64,000 nt of DNA from Zygnema circumcarinatum SAG 698-1b (taxonomy: Eukaryota; Plantae; Zygnematophyceae): the NCBI GenBank assembly GCA_037447605.1, contig CM074814.1, positions 1,364,001 through 1,428,000 on the forward strand. Direction: 5' to 3'. Shown in pieces: positions 41,209 through 62,256 of the stretch (the first letter of the stretch is position 1; every line of letters begins with the position of its first letter). The notes beneath the pieces were generated by a model. That model saw only the letters and a list, made by a program, of their open reading frames with translations. It was not told the origin of the DNA and made no database searches. A program made the translations under genes and the position numbers.

Positions 41209-41410
41209 AGGGGGAGTCAGACCTTGACCATCGCTTACAAAATTCCCGAATTCCTTATAGTAAAAGTCACTTCTTTCGTGTACAAATTCCGAATCGGGAT
41301 CCGCGGCTCCGTCGTATACAGCCGTACCGAAATGCGTACCTAGCCAATGCTTAATTCGCCCGACAGGCTGACGAAATTGATTTGGCGATGGTCAAGGTCT
41401 GACTCCCCCT
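41209..41410. mobile_element. 202-bp MITE with 26-bp perfect TIRs and AAT target-site duplication
   Basis: Left TIR AGGGGGAGTCAGACCTTGACCATCGC (41209-41234) and its exact reverse complement (41385-41410). AAT flanks both sides (41206-41208, 41411-41413). Confidence 0.88.
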
Positions 41411-41605
41411 AATATTGAAGGTCGAGCCATGTGGACATTTTCCACACTGCTTGGCATGCGCCGAAAGGAGCAAAAGACAGCGAGCGTGGGCGGCGCAAGG
41501 AGAACGATAACGGCAATAATGAATAGAAGGACGCGGAAAAGGGAAGACATCGCTATCCTCCCAGCGGGAAAATTGTCGAGACCCAAATACAAGTCCCTCA
41601 TAGTA

Positions 41606-43490
41606 AAGGCCTTCACAGTTCGGACCAGTGGATCGGCAACCATTGGACAACCATTGGATGGCAATGGTTGGACGTCTACTGGTTGGCAACCAGTCGAATG
41701 GTTGTTTCGGTCCGCAACCACTGGTTGGCAACCAGTCGACTGGTTTGGAACCAGTGGATGCCACTGGTTGGCAACCAGTCGACTGGTTTGGAACCAGTGG
41801 ATGCCACTGGTTGGCAACCAGTCGAATGGTTGTTTCGATCCGGCGGCACTGGTTGGCAACCAGTCGAATGGTTATATCCATTAAATCAAATGGTTGGCAA
41901 CCATTAAATTGTCGGTGTACGGCTCTCCGTACAGTCGATATATGGGATTTGGTCAACGTGTACGGATATACGGTCAGGTGAAATAAATAGTACGCTTATT
42001 GTTTTGGCGGGTAGCACGGGATGCCACCGGTTGGCTGCGCCAATTGGGGCAGCCAATCTAGGACTACCACGTGGCAATTAGGTTACAGGCCTGCTGGAGG
42101 ATGGAGGCAGGAGGCAGGGACTGCAAGGAGGCAACGCAGAGGAGGACGAGCTCCCCGGTCTCACCGGGCGGCGGACATGGCCAGCCGAGCAGCCAGCAAG
42201 CAGAGGACGAGGGCCAGGGTGAGGGCGGGAGCCAGGGCGGGCGTCGAGGCGAGCGAGGAGCGGCGGACATGGAGGCAAATTATTGGAGCGGTGGGAGTGC
42301 GGCCGAATGAGGAGCTACGGCTCTCTTTAGGGCTTAGGCATAAATAGTGCTTAGTGCTTAGCTTAGGTTTAACCTTCTTCTGCTTTGCTGTGTGCAATCA
42401 GCCCTTGTGAAGGCTGGATAGAGGAGGTGGGAGCTTGGGTAGCTCAGGTGTGTTCTTTGGGATTAGAGGGTGTGTTTAGAGGATAGTGTGAGGTTGAGTT
42501 CGAGACACATTCCTTGTAAACATCCTTATTCTTATTAATGGAGTTTTAGACTTAGAGCTTTCTCCAAAGTTTTCTCAGTGTATGTTCTACTCCCTTGCAT
42601 GTTCCTCAGTCTGAAATGTCTACAGCGGCAAGTGAGGGGACATCTGCTGGGGGGTCTGACTCTAACATAAATCACTAGTTGTCAACGGTTGGCAACCCAC
42701 CAAAAAACACATACGACCCATTTTTGAGCCCCTACATCTCCCTACACGTTTGACTTACAGTAAACTATTAGTTTCCTCTTTTTGAAGTACTCACGGAACC
42801 CTAAGCCTAGCCTGAACCCTAAATCTGGACTCCTGCTCCTCCTCGCGATTCTGACTGCTCTCACAAAGCGCGCACTCATGCGCTCTACGGCGACAAAACA
42901 AAACAAAACAAAATAAATTCAGCAGAGCATGTCCATCCACCCAAGAGAAGAAAATGAGCACAAAAAACACACACATCGCAGTATTCGCATTTTCAGATGA
43001 TCACATACAGTTGAAAAAAATTCATATCAGAAATTTCAGAGTGTGCAGTTTTGCTGAAAATAAAAAGACTGCCAAAAGCAGTGGAAGTTTCAAAAACCCC
43101 TTCAGGGTTCAGGGTGGGAAAAAGAGCATAATTTCAGAAATTAAATGGTTGCCAACCATTTGATCACTGGTTCCGAACCAGTCGAATGGTTGTTTCAGTC
43201 CTGCGCCACTGGTTGGCAACCAGTCGAATGGTTGTTTCGGTCCGCAACCACTGGTTGGCAACCAGTCGACTGGTTTGGAACCAGTGGATGCCACTGGTTG
43301 GCAACCAGTCGAATGGTTGTTTCGATCCGGCGGCACTGGTTGGCAACCAGTCGAATGGTTGCCAACCAGTGGATGCCACTGGTTGGTTGGTTGGTTGGTT
43401 CCAAACCAGTCAAATGGTTGTTTCGGTCCGCAACCACTGGTTGCCAACCAGTCGACTGGTTTGTCTAATGGTCCGATCTGTGAAGGCCTT
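41606..43490. mobile_element. 1.9-kb non-autonomous element with inverted termini and subterminal arrays of quasi-palindromic repeats
   Basis: 22-bp TIR AAGGCCTTCACAG(T/A)TCGGACCA at 41606-41627 and 43469-43490 (1 mismatch). Repeat arrays (CACTGGTTGGCAACCAGTCGA units) at about 41630-41912 and 43139-43468. Inner array ends are also inverted. No TSD found. Confidence 0.65.
42000..42667 (+). mobile_element. Probable solo LTR nested in the 41606-43490 element
   Basis: 668 bp bounded by TGTT...AACA, with a GC-rich U3-like part, ATAAATA at about 42339 and a T-rich U5-like part. No PBS, PPT or clear TSD. Confidence 0.42.
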
Positions 43491-45009
43491 CTTCCCATTC
43501 CTGGGTTCGATCACGATACCGTCCGTACTCACTCTCCCATAGCCTCATGGCCTTGAGAGGAGTCCGCAAGGGCAGGGAGACCCCCCATTCGAGGTCACTC
43601 TGGCGGGGTCGCACCAATCACAGCCGGCCAATGTGCCACGTGGAGTACCGTTATTGGCTTTCGCCTTAAAAGGGCGCCTCCAGACCACTCGCCAAAAGTG
43701 CGTGCCGGAGAGGGCCCCGTCGCGGCCGCTCGCCACCGGCCATGAAATCAAAACGAGTACCATAACATTCACTTATAATATATTGTTCCGTCAGACCTAC
43801 TCAACCAACGTACTTATTCAGAACAAAGCAAAGCCAACGAACTTTCGATGGGTCGACAGCCTCGACCGTAGCGAGCCAGGTGGAGGGCGCAGGCCTTTCG
43901 CACGTGTAACCCCGGTCGCTGATTGGCCCTTTTCCAAGGCGAGTCGCAGGTCCGCTCCTCCTGCCGCCGCGTGGCGCAATTTCCCTCGGGTACGCGCCCC
44001 CGTGGCCACGTGGCGTCCCCGCCCGCGCGCCCTTGTCTAGAAAGCACGCACGCGACTGACTGACTGGAAAGCCCACGGCCCTCCCTTTGAGCTCCGCCCC
44101 GGCTTTGCAGGGAGGGAGGAGGGGAGAGAGGGAGAGCCTCCGCCTGAAGGGCCGGTCGGCCTCCCGCAGGCTTGGGACGGCCACTGGAGCCTGCCGCGTT
44201 TGCTTGGCAAGGGAAGAGAGGGGAAGAGAAGGGAAGGGAAGCTGGCAGGACCGCTGGAGGGGTTTGCTGGAGAGTGCAGATGGCGGAGGGAAGCTGGTGA
44301 AGACGCCAAACATTGGTACAAGGGTATCTATCTCATGCTTGTGTCAACATTTGTCGCGGGAGGAGTGTTTGGAGACACTTTCCGAAGGCGTTCGGGTGGT
44401 TTAAAGGCCTACGGTGGAGGCTGGAATACAGGTAAGGTCAGTTATGATTCAGAGTCTGCTTCAAAGGTTTCAAAGTTACGCCCGGGTCAGTCGCTATAGT
44501 ATTGGTTCCTTTAAGCAGCTCTTGTTGCAGGTGTTAGGGCTATTTGAATGCATGCAGCGAAGTTTGGGAGACAGGAAGTCATTGATCGGAAGTTTTGCTT
44601 CCGGATCGGTACATATCACGTTCAGATAAAAACAGCTGAAGTTAGTGGCTGCAATCTCAGCTCAAGTTACTTTATTGCTCCTTCTCAGTTTTGCTGAAAC
44701 TCTGAACTTGTGGAAGTGAGAAGTGCGTTCTCTTCTTGTTTGGATGTTGTGCTGCTCTTTTGTACAAAGAATAGGGCTATTGATGCCACGGTTTTACAGA
44801 TCGGGATTACTGTATACGAGTTTCTGTAATAAAAAAATACAGTAAAACCTCGGAAAAAAAAGAGAGTATTTTGTTTTTGATCAAAATTGTCGAAAGGCAT
44901 GACTTTCCTACAGAAGTTGAAACGGCGACGTTGAGCTGAGCATTGTTGTGAATTTGGATTCCTTTCAGTTTGAACGCATTTGATTACTTTCACTTTGGAC
45001 ACTTGAATC

Positions 45010-48000
45010 ATGTTAAGAGGAGCAGTTCCCGTGGCTATTGTTGCGGCTTTTGGCAACGGTTTGCAGGGCTGGGACAATGCAGCAATTGCGGGTAAGAACA
45101 AAACCGGGTTGTCATGTCCAGCTTTATCGATCTTGTGACTTTTCAGCATCGCTGTCGTGCCATTTCCTCTGCAGGAGAAAAATTTGTTGTGACTGTTTGA
45201 CTGCTGAGTACTCATAAGTTGTTGAAGTCGAGTTGGAACAGATTTACATTCCACTCCCGCCATTTGGTTGATGCAGAGGCAGTAGGTTGACTGCAAGGGA
45301 ACGTTGCTTTTGTGATGTAGAAAATTTGTTTTTGTCGACCATGCACCTGATGGCCTATTCCCTGCTAGTTCACAGGTTCCTTGCTCTACATCATTCCAGA
45401 ATTCCACCTTGAAGAATCACCTCAAGTTGTCGGCACCATTGTCGCTGCTTCCTTGATAGGTACGTTTTACACTTGTACTAATGGGCTGTAGCATTCTTTG
45501 CTTAACTAGAATGGTTTGATGGTATCATGAATATTGGAGCTACTCTTCATATGTATTGTAGTCTTGAACGTGCGTGGCTTTGCCTCATCCTCCTTTGTGA
45601 TGTAATGATTGAAAGCCTCGATTTCCAGCACGGGTTTCTTTCGTGTTGCTCAACGAACCTAAAGTTCCTCTCCCTGTCTATTGCTTTCCTTTACAGGATC
45701 AGTTTTGAGCACATTTGTCGCTGGACCGGCTGCCGACTGGATAGGGCGGAAATCACTGCTATTGGTGGCTGCAGCCTGCTTTATCGTCGGTAAGCACTTC
45801 ACCGAATGCAACAAGCATGCCATGTTCATTGCTCAGCCTGAAATTTATAACCATTTCGCTGTTACCTGCAGTGTCTGCTGAACCCCCTGACGGCCACTTC
45901 AGCAGCATCTTTTTCACACAGTAGTTTCTGCATCCATAATACACCCTATGGTTACCATATTATTGACTTGACTTCATTGATTCTGGGTTTGTTGATTATG
46001 CTGCAGGGGCGATTGTCGACGGATGGTCACCGAGTGTCAATGTCTTGATTCCCGGTCGAGGAATAGTTGGATTCAGTGTTGGCCTCATAGCGACCATAGT
46101 TCCACTTTTCATTGCAGAATGCTCACCTTCAGAAACACGTGGCCAGCTGGCCACGCTTCCTCAGCTCCTAGGCATCACGGGAATGCTATCGGCGTACGGA
46201 GTGGTATTCTGGATTTCACTTGCAGAGAATCCCAGCTGGCGGACAATGCTCGGGCTTGCGTAAGTTCATTCTTGTCGACGGTAAACCAGATTCATCCTGT
46301 CACTCATCACCTCATGAAAGACTTGGAGAGAGTAAGTGCTAATTCACTGCGTTATTTGAACGCTGCAGATTGGTTCCTGCAGTGCTTTACCTTATTCTCG
46401 CCGTCCTTGTTCTGCCCGAGTCACCTCGGTGGCTTGTCAGCAAAGGTCGCATGAAGGAAGCGCGAGAAGCTTTGGTCAAGCTTCGTGGCACTGAGGATGT
46501 TGCAGGTCAGTTATAAGAAGTCACACGTGATTCATATAAACGATTTTGCATGAAAGACATTAGTAGTTGCAATGAGTCGATTGCAAACTTGTAGTTTGCT
46601 CAGACTCGCTTCGTCTCCGCACACTGCAGGAGAGTTATCGATGCTTGTGGAAGGCTTAGGCGTTGGCGGTGATGCCACAATTGAAGAGTGGCTGCTAAAG
46701 CCTGCTGAAAATGTAGAAGGTGAAGACGAGGCATCAGAGGCTGACGCTGGACAAATCAAGCTGGTAGGAACAGAACCGGGAGTGGTATGGATTGCTCAAC
46801 CATTGAGCAAGGAAGAGGAGAAGGAGGAAGTGACTGGAGTAGACAAGGAAGAGACTAATCTGATAACATCGCTGAGTCATATGGCTGCCCATAGTCTGCA
46901 AGTAGATCAGGTGGTAGCTCTCATGAAAGAGATCCACGATGCCAAAGAAGGGCAGAACGAGGAGAACGCGGAGACATTAGATATCGGCTTTTTAGATAAC
47001 CTAAGAGATCACATTTTCGGCAACAAGGATGAAGTTGAGCCCGCAATTGTTGGTGATTTTGATGATGCGGACCTTGAGAAGCCCCTGCTTGGATCAGTCA
47101 GTGCGTCCCGACAGTCAAGCGAGAGGGAGAGGCATTTCACGAAGCAGAATTCGCAAGGCAGCTCAAACTTTATATCGAGTGTGGCACGTGCGTTGTCTAT
47201 GAATTCTGGAGCGGTTAAAACGAGCACGGCAGAGTCGTTTGTAGGATCACCTGGAGGAGGCTGGCAACTAGCCTGGCAAGTGGAAGCACAAGAAGAAGGC
47301 GCTGCTGCCGCAAGGGAACGGGATTCTGAAGACGGTCTCAGGAGAGTGTTTATATTGCAGGAACCTGGCGATTTGCAATCTACGTCAACTTTAGCATTAC
47401 CGGGCATGTCAGCTGCTGGGGAACAGGAGGTTTTCCAAGCTCAGGTTCTGATTACTAACCCCCGCCAGCTTGGAAAAGAGTTCCTTCCTGATGATGTTGC
47501 TGGACCAGCAATGGTGCACCCAGCCAAACTTGCAAAAACTGGGCCAGCGTGGGCTGAAATGATGGAGCCTGGGGTGCCTCAAGCGTTGGTTGTCGGGGTG
47601 ACGCTGCAAGCACTTCAACAGGTAAGGTGTCCATTATCATCGAATGAAGCAATCAGAAGGCTTTTCCTCTCCATTTCCTATTTTTAAAACTCCTGAAGGT
47701 TCCGAGGTAAGATTTCACCTCACTTTTTTACAACGAATTGGCCCTAGACTCCCAAATACTTGAAACGGGCAAAAAATATAGTTCTCTGATTCGGAGGCAG
47801 TTGTACACGTTTTTGTTACACGCAGGCTTGTGGAATCAATGCGGTTCTCTACTACACTCCGACCATTCTGATGAACTCAGGAGCCGGAATGCTGGAGCAA
47901 TTAGGGCTTACCTCGCAGTCGTCTTCAATTTTGGCCAGCTTTGCGACCGTGGCTTTAATGCTCCCATGCATCTTTTTGGCCATGTGGCTTATGGACAGAA

Positions 48001-48688
48001 GCGGACGACGGTGAGTTCTACGTCATCTCCCACATCAGGTTGCCTTTACGGAGTCAGGATCAAAGTCCCCGTCACCTTGTCAATGTCAACGTTACAAAGT
48101 CAGCAATGCAGGTCACCCAATGAAGGCGATAGCTTCAAGATCTTGCAGTCCTCTCCCCCTCGCTATAAGCTTCGCTCATCGAGTCTCTATGTGTACCTTT
48201 TTTGTGGTGATTTCAGGCAACTACTACTGACGACAATTCCTCTTATGACAATATCCCTCGCTCTTCTGAGCTCTAGTTCGATTATACTCCCACCCGGTAG
48301 TCTTTTGCAATCCGTCTGCTCGTTGGCTGGTGTGGCACTCTTCTCTTGCTCCTTTGTGGCGGGTTTCGGGCCCATTCCCAACATCATATGCTCAGAAATA
48401 TTTCCCACGAGGGTGAGAGGCCTCTGCATAGGACTGTGTGCTACGACCATGTGGGCTTGCAACATAGCGGTCAGCCAGGCCTTCCCAGGCCTTCAGACTG
48501 CCTTTGGATTAGGAGGAGTCTTTGGGCTGTTCGGCATCATGACGCTCGTTTCATGGCTATTCATCTATTTGCGAGTTCCGGAAACGAAGGGCCTCCCGCT
48601 TGAAGTTATTTCTGAGATATTTGCCATGTCGGCAAGAGAGAAAAAGTTACATGACGGCGAATTCCGGGAGGAAAATCAGACAGCATAG
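45010..48688 (+). CDS. TMT: Tonoplast monosaccharide/sugar transporter (TMT/TST family)
   Basis: 8 exons. They read MLRGAVPVAIVAAFGNGLQGWDNAAIAG, ADWIGRK, IAECSPSETRGQLATLPQ, LPESPRWLVSKGRMKEA, ELSMLVEGLGVGG..IEEWLL, a long central loop with GGGWQLAW and LRRVFI, QALVVGVTLQALQQ|ACGINAVLYYTP, GFGPIPNIICSEIFPTRVRGLCI, and RVPETKGLPLEVI. Confidence 0.94.
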
Positions 48689-49113
48689 GGACGCGTTTCT
48701 TGCAGATTAGATTAGGAGTCGCTGGTAGCCGTCAGTTGCATTCAGGAATTTATCAAAGAGGGGTGTGTGCAGACGCAGGTAAATAAATATAAATAAAAAG
48801 CATGTACTCTTGAGAGCGGATTGTAGGTGGGGAGCTGCAGTACTGATAGCTGGAGCAGGACTGGTGGGATCCAGAACCGCGTGCATCTCTTGTGTAGCTG
48901 GAAGGAGAGTGGGGATTAAATAGAATTAATCGCTAGTGGAAGGAATTTCTGTTGATGAAAATCGCCTCTAAGAGATTGGCATAAAAAACTCAACATCCCA
49001 CAAACATATCTATTGCACCTTGTGTCCCGCCCGATTTTTTCCTTTTACTTTCGAAGCTCAAACCAGATGTGCCTTCCAGCGCTCCAAGTTTCCATGCAAT
49101 TTTTTCGTGCAAT

Positions 49114-49666
49114 AGGGCGTGTCAGACTTAAAAAATTCTCGTAATACTAAAAACTCGATATTCGTAACATTTCGAGTCAACGTCAGTAAAACTAAAATTC
49201 TCGAGCGTAGTTTTTCGCACTCGCGGCGCGGTCCTGTCCGTGATCTCCGCCGTCTTCGCAACTTCGCCCTCGCGCGGGGCCCTCAGACTTAGAAACAGCG
49301 CCGGCGCGGCGCGCGGAGACCGCTTGTCGGTGTGTCGTGTTGCGCGTCACGGGCGGGCGCGGGCGCGGGCGGGAAGCCGGGAAAACAACCATGACGTCAC
49401 GTTGACGCGATTTTCGCCAGTATTTTCTTCGCACGTCCATTTCGGCGCCTCTTTTGGGTGCGAACAAAATCGTGCGAAGAAGTGCCCTTTTCAGTAAACC
49501 CCACGGGTCAATCTTCGCAACGTTGACCCGTTGACTTAGCACAGTTGACTTCCGTTCGGTTCGGTTTAGGTTCGGGGGCGCGATGATTTTTAGTACTTAG
49601 TAACCTCGATTCTCGTAATACTAAAATCTCGATATTCGTAACATTTTGTTAAATCTGACACGCCCT
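49114..49666. mobile_element. 553-bp MITE with 18-bp TIRs, AAT TSD and 37-bp direct subterminal repeats
   Basis: TIR AGGGCGTGTCAGA(C/T)TTAA at both ends. AAT at 49111-49113 and 49667-49669. TTCTCGTAATACTAAAA(A/T)CTCGATATTCGTAACATTT at 49136-49172 and 49610-49646. Confidence 0.85.
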
Positions 49667-50324
49667 AATGCAGCTGTTCTTCAATTCTACATCACGGACT
49701 GCTCTCTAAGAGCTTCCGCAGCTTCCTCTGAGGAGCGGCAGGCAGAGCGCCTCCTTCTACCTCTGCATTTCTAACGTCTGCAAATGTACTCAGTTCAAAA
49801 ACTCCGTCGGAAAGTCATCGCTGGCTAACTATGATGAACCTACAAACCTTCAAAGTTGCAGAAGTAAGAGCTGGCGGAGAGTTAGCAGCGAGCGGAGGAG
49901 AGAGTTCTGAACAGGAGGGAGGAGGGCTGCCACCGTACAGCAGCGCAGAGAGCGACCCTGAACACCCTAGTAAACTTAAGATCTGGGAGGGTTCTACGGA
50001 TGCAGAGTTTAAAATGACGAATTATAAGATTTTGGGAAACCTAAAAATGAGAAGATTATAAACGCTCTGAATAAATGGCTTCTGCGATGCTCTTTCGGCA
50101 GCTGCAGCAGCAGCACCCTCTCCTGCTGTTGAAGCAGATAGAGTGGTCGGTGGAGAAGGGAGCGAAAGCGAGAGTGAGAGCGATAGTGAGATGAGGGCGA
50201 GAGAGGGCGACGTTTGATGCTATCAAATGACGGACGACGGGAAAATGGGGAGGGAACCACGAGGGACCAAAAGCCCACCCGCCCGGGCACAGACGGCCTA
50301 AAAGGACAAAAGAATCTAACGTAA

Positions 50325-50430
50325 TGATTGGAACCATTGCCAATGATTGGCAGTGGTTGTCAGCCAACCATTGGCAATGGCTGGCTCGGTCGCGAATCGA
50401 TGGTTCGCAGCCATTGCCAATGGTGGATCC
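50325..50430. repeat. Short array of CCATTG(G/C)CAATGG quasi-palindromes related to the 41.6/43.2-kb repeats
   Basis: ggaaccattgccaatgattggc..caaccattggcaatggc..gccattgccaatggtgg resembles 41636-41670. Confidence 0.5.
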
Positions 50431-51360
50431 AACGGTCCGACCTGCGCAGATCTGGATCTGGAGCTGCGACTCGGCCGGCTCCAGCTTCGAGTTGGCTCTC
50501 CAAGCCTCAATGGACTGCTGGCTGCCTTTCAGTTTCAGCGCAGCTCTGATGAAGGCTTAGAAGAGTGGAGGGGCCCTGAATCTCCGCAGCATAGCTTATA
50601 GATTTAAGAGTGATCTTCTGCTGAGGAGATTCAGACAGGCTGCTCCTGAATGATGCCACTCCTTTAGATTGGAAGGGAAGGAGACGGACGAGATGTTTCT
50701 GTGGATGTGACTTTCCCCCTTAATCATGTGAAGTGGAACGTTCTATGCTATCAGTTCCACATCCGCATGATAACACGAGATCAAGCAAGACGCAGCGGCA
50801 ACCAAATTTCACTGCAGACATGTGAGGAGGAGAACGATCCGGTCGATCCTGAAGGTAAGCACCTCCTATTGAAATGGACGGAGTGGGCATTGCATGCACA
50901 CAATGAGAATGGAGAACGAATGACACAAAAGGAAAGTGTCTATACAATGAGGTGCTTGTACAATGTCCTCAGCTTGCTTATATCCAATGCAGCTAGAGCT
51001 AGGCGACAGAAAGTAAGTGCCAGCATAGATGTAGCCTCAGCAAGGGCGGCCAAGTGTAAGCGCATGGCCGCAAAAGATAAGCTTTAATAAAAGCTAGAAG
51101 TGAAAAATATATACGACAACATAAAAATGACTTAGTTGTAACACCTCCTCCTTATTTTTTTTTGTTTTCCTATTGATCTGAATACGCGGCGCCAACGTGG
51201 AAGTGAAGATCCATTGACATCACTGCACTGACTGCCCTGACTTCGCTTCACGAGGTACAACAGATCTCAAAACCCCACTGGCCCTCCCTCTCATCTCAGA
51301 GTAGGTCGCCCTTCATTTCTCGCACGCCCAAAGCCACGTGCTACAACGAGCACGTTTAGA

Positions 51361-54128
<2,768 letters not shown>

Positions 54129-54880
54129 GCCGCCCGAGTCCCGCACGTCCTGCCCCCTCCGCCCAAACGACACCGCGCGCGAGTCAGTCAACGCTTCTGC
54201 TTTGCGACAACCACGGAGCGCTCTGCCCCTCCGCCCCCCCCCCCTCCCCCTCTCTCTCTCCCCATGACACAAACACAAACAAACAACCGGGAGGCCCCCC
54301 CCCTCGCTCCTGTGCGCGACCACGGAAACCACCGTCCGGGCAGTGGCCAACAAACAAAGAGCGCCCCCCGCCTCCACCTCCTCCCTCCCTCCCTCCCGCG
54401 CTACCTTCAGCGCCTCTCCTTGAGCACGCAACGCCGCTCTGCCAATCTCTCCCTCTGCTCCTCCTCCTCCTCCCCCCGCAACCACTCCCTTCCCACTCGC
54501 TCCTTCTCTTCCCCTCTTCTCCCTCTCGTTGGACAGGAGAGAGGGGCGATAGTAAAGAGTTTTAGTCTCTCCCACGCGATGCGTCACGCGGGCAAACACA
54601 AGGAGTTTAGTGCATCTGCCCGCGCGGGCTGGCCAGAAATGATTTTTCGTTGCCCGCGTCCAAAGTCAGAGGCCCCATTGGAGGGCGCGCCGCGGGCAGC
54701 CTCCAGAGCGCCGCTAGAAAACAAATGAAAAAAACAAATTTTTCGCGTCCGGGCGCTTGGGGGAGCCACGTGGCAACCGCGAAACCTTCGACGCGCCGAA
54801 GCCATTTGACGGCCTTTGACGGCCTTGGACTGCATGCGACCTGCGTGGACTGCGCGCATTGAGTGACTGCCTCCATGGGC

Positions 54881-55370
54881 GGATGGCATGGCACGGCATG
54901 GGATGGGATGGCATGGCATGGCATGGCATGGGATGGGATGGCATGGCATGGGATGGGATGGCATGGCATGGGATGGGATGGCATGGCATGGGATGGGATG
55001 GCATGGCATGGCATGGGATGGGATGGCATGGCATGAAATGGGATGGCATGGCATGGCATGGCAGGGGATGGGATGGCATGGCATGGGATGGGATGGCATG
55101 GCATGGGATGGGATGACATGGCATGGGATGGGATGGCATGGCATGGGATGGGATGGGATGGCATGGCATGGCATGGGATGGGATGGCATGGCATGAAATG
55201 GGATGGCATGGCATGGCATGGCAGGGGATGGGATGGCGTGGCATGGGATGGGATGGGATGGCATGGCATGGCATTTGGCATGGGATGGGATGGGATGGGA
55301 TGGCATGGCATGGCATGGCATGGCATGGCATGGCATGGCATGGGATGGGATGGTATGGGATGGGATGGCA
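54881..55370. repeat. Pentanucleotide satellite (GGCAT/GGGAT)n with 160-bp higher-order unit
   Basis: About 98 pentamers. The variant block GCATGAAATG..GCAGGGGATG recurs at 55031 and 55191. Confidence 0.93.
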
Positions 55371-55528
55371 TTGGAGAGCGGCATGGGGCTATGAGCACGA
55401 GGGCGCATGGATGGCCATGGAAGCCACGGAGTCCCTCCAGGAGGATAGCAGCTGCAGAGCAAGTCCAAGGGAGGCAGTGTGGAGTGTGGAGATAAGAAGA
55501 AAGAAGGGAAGAAGCGGTGGGAAGAAGG

Positions 55529-61788
<6,260 letters not shown>

Positions 61789-61825
61789 ATCAGTGGCATG
61801 TGAAGGATGAATGAAGAAAAATCTC

Positions 61826-61893
61826 AAACCCTGAAAAACTCTGAAACTCTGAAAACTCTGAAAACTCTGAAAATTCTGAAAACTCTGAAAACT
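61826..61893. repeat. 9-bp tandem repeat (AAAACTCTG)n between convergent POLH and Aurora 3' ends
   Basis: About 7 imperfect copies. Confidence 0.85.
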
Positions 61894-62256
61894 GCACTTA
61901 TTCCTGCTCTTTATGTAAAAAATGAGTGTTTTCATTGAACCAGCCGGAAGAAAGGATTTCTGCAGATGGGTGGAACCGCCAGCTGTGGTTGAGGCAGACA
62001 GTCGGTAGCCAACCAAGGCAAAGGCGAACTATGGCGCGCCCTCAATCCTACGACCACACCGGTCCTTCTGACAAGCATAGGTCTGCTCCACACGGGATGG
62101 CCAGTGCTGTAGTTTCTGCTTTGCCTTGGTTGACTTAGACGTGCCTGTCGACCACACTTTCTGCATATTGAGGAGAGGCTCTGTGACTGTCGCAAAAAGG
62201 GTCTGTCTCGACTGCATCGTCACGAGCTTGGAAGGAACGCCTGAAGAGAGAAGTTT

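Noticed and set aside
41351-43556. Several 100-200 aa ORFs (TGWQPV.., LVANQ..) and a CRISPR-like look of the arrays
   Set aside because: Translations of tandem DNA repeats. There are no unique spacers of constant length and no cas genes, and the context is eukaryotic.
44685-45407. 240-aa minus ORF
   Set aside because: Antisense to the TMT 5' exons and introns; no domain features.
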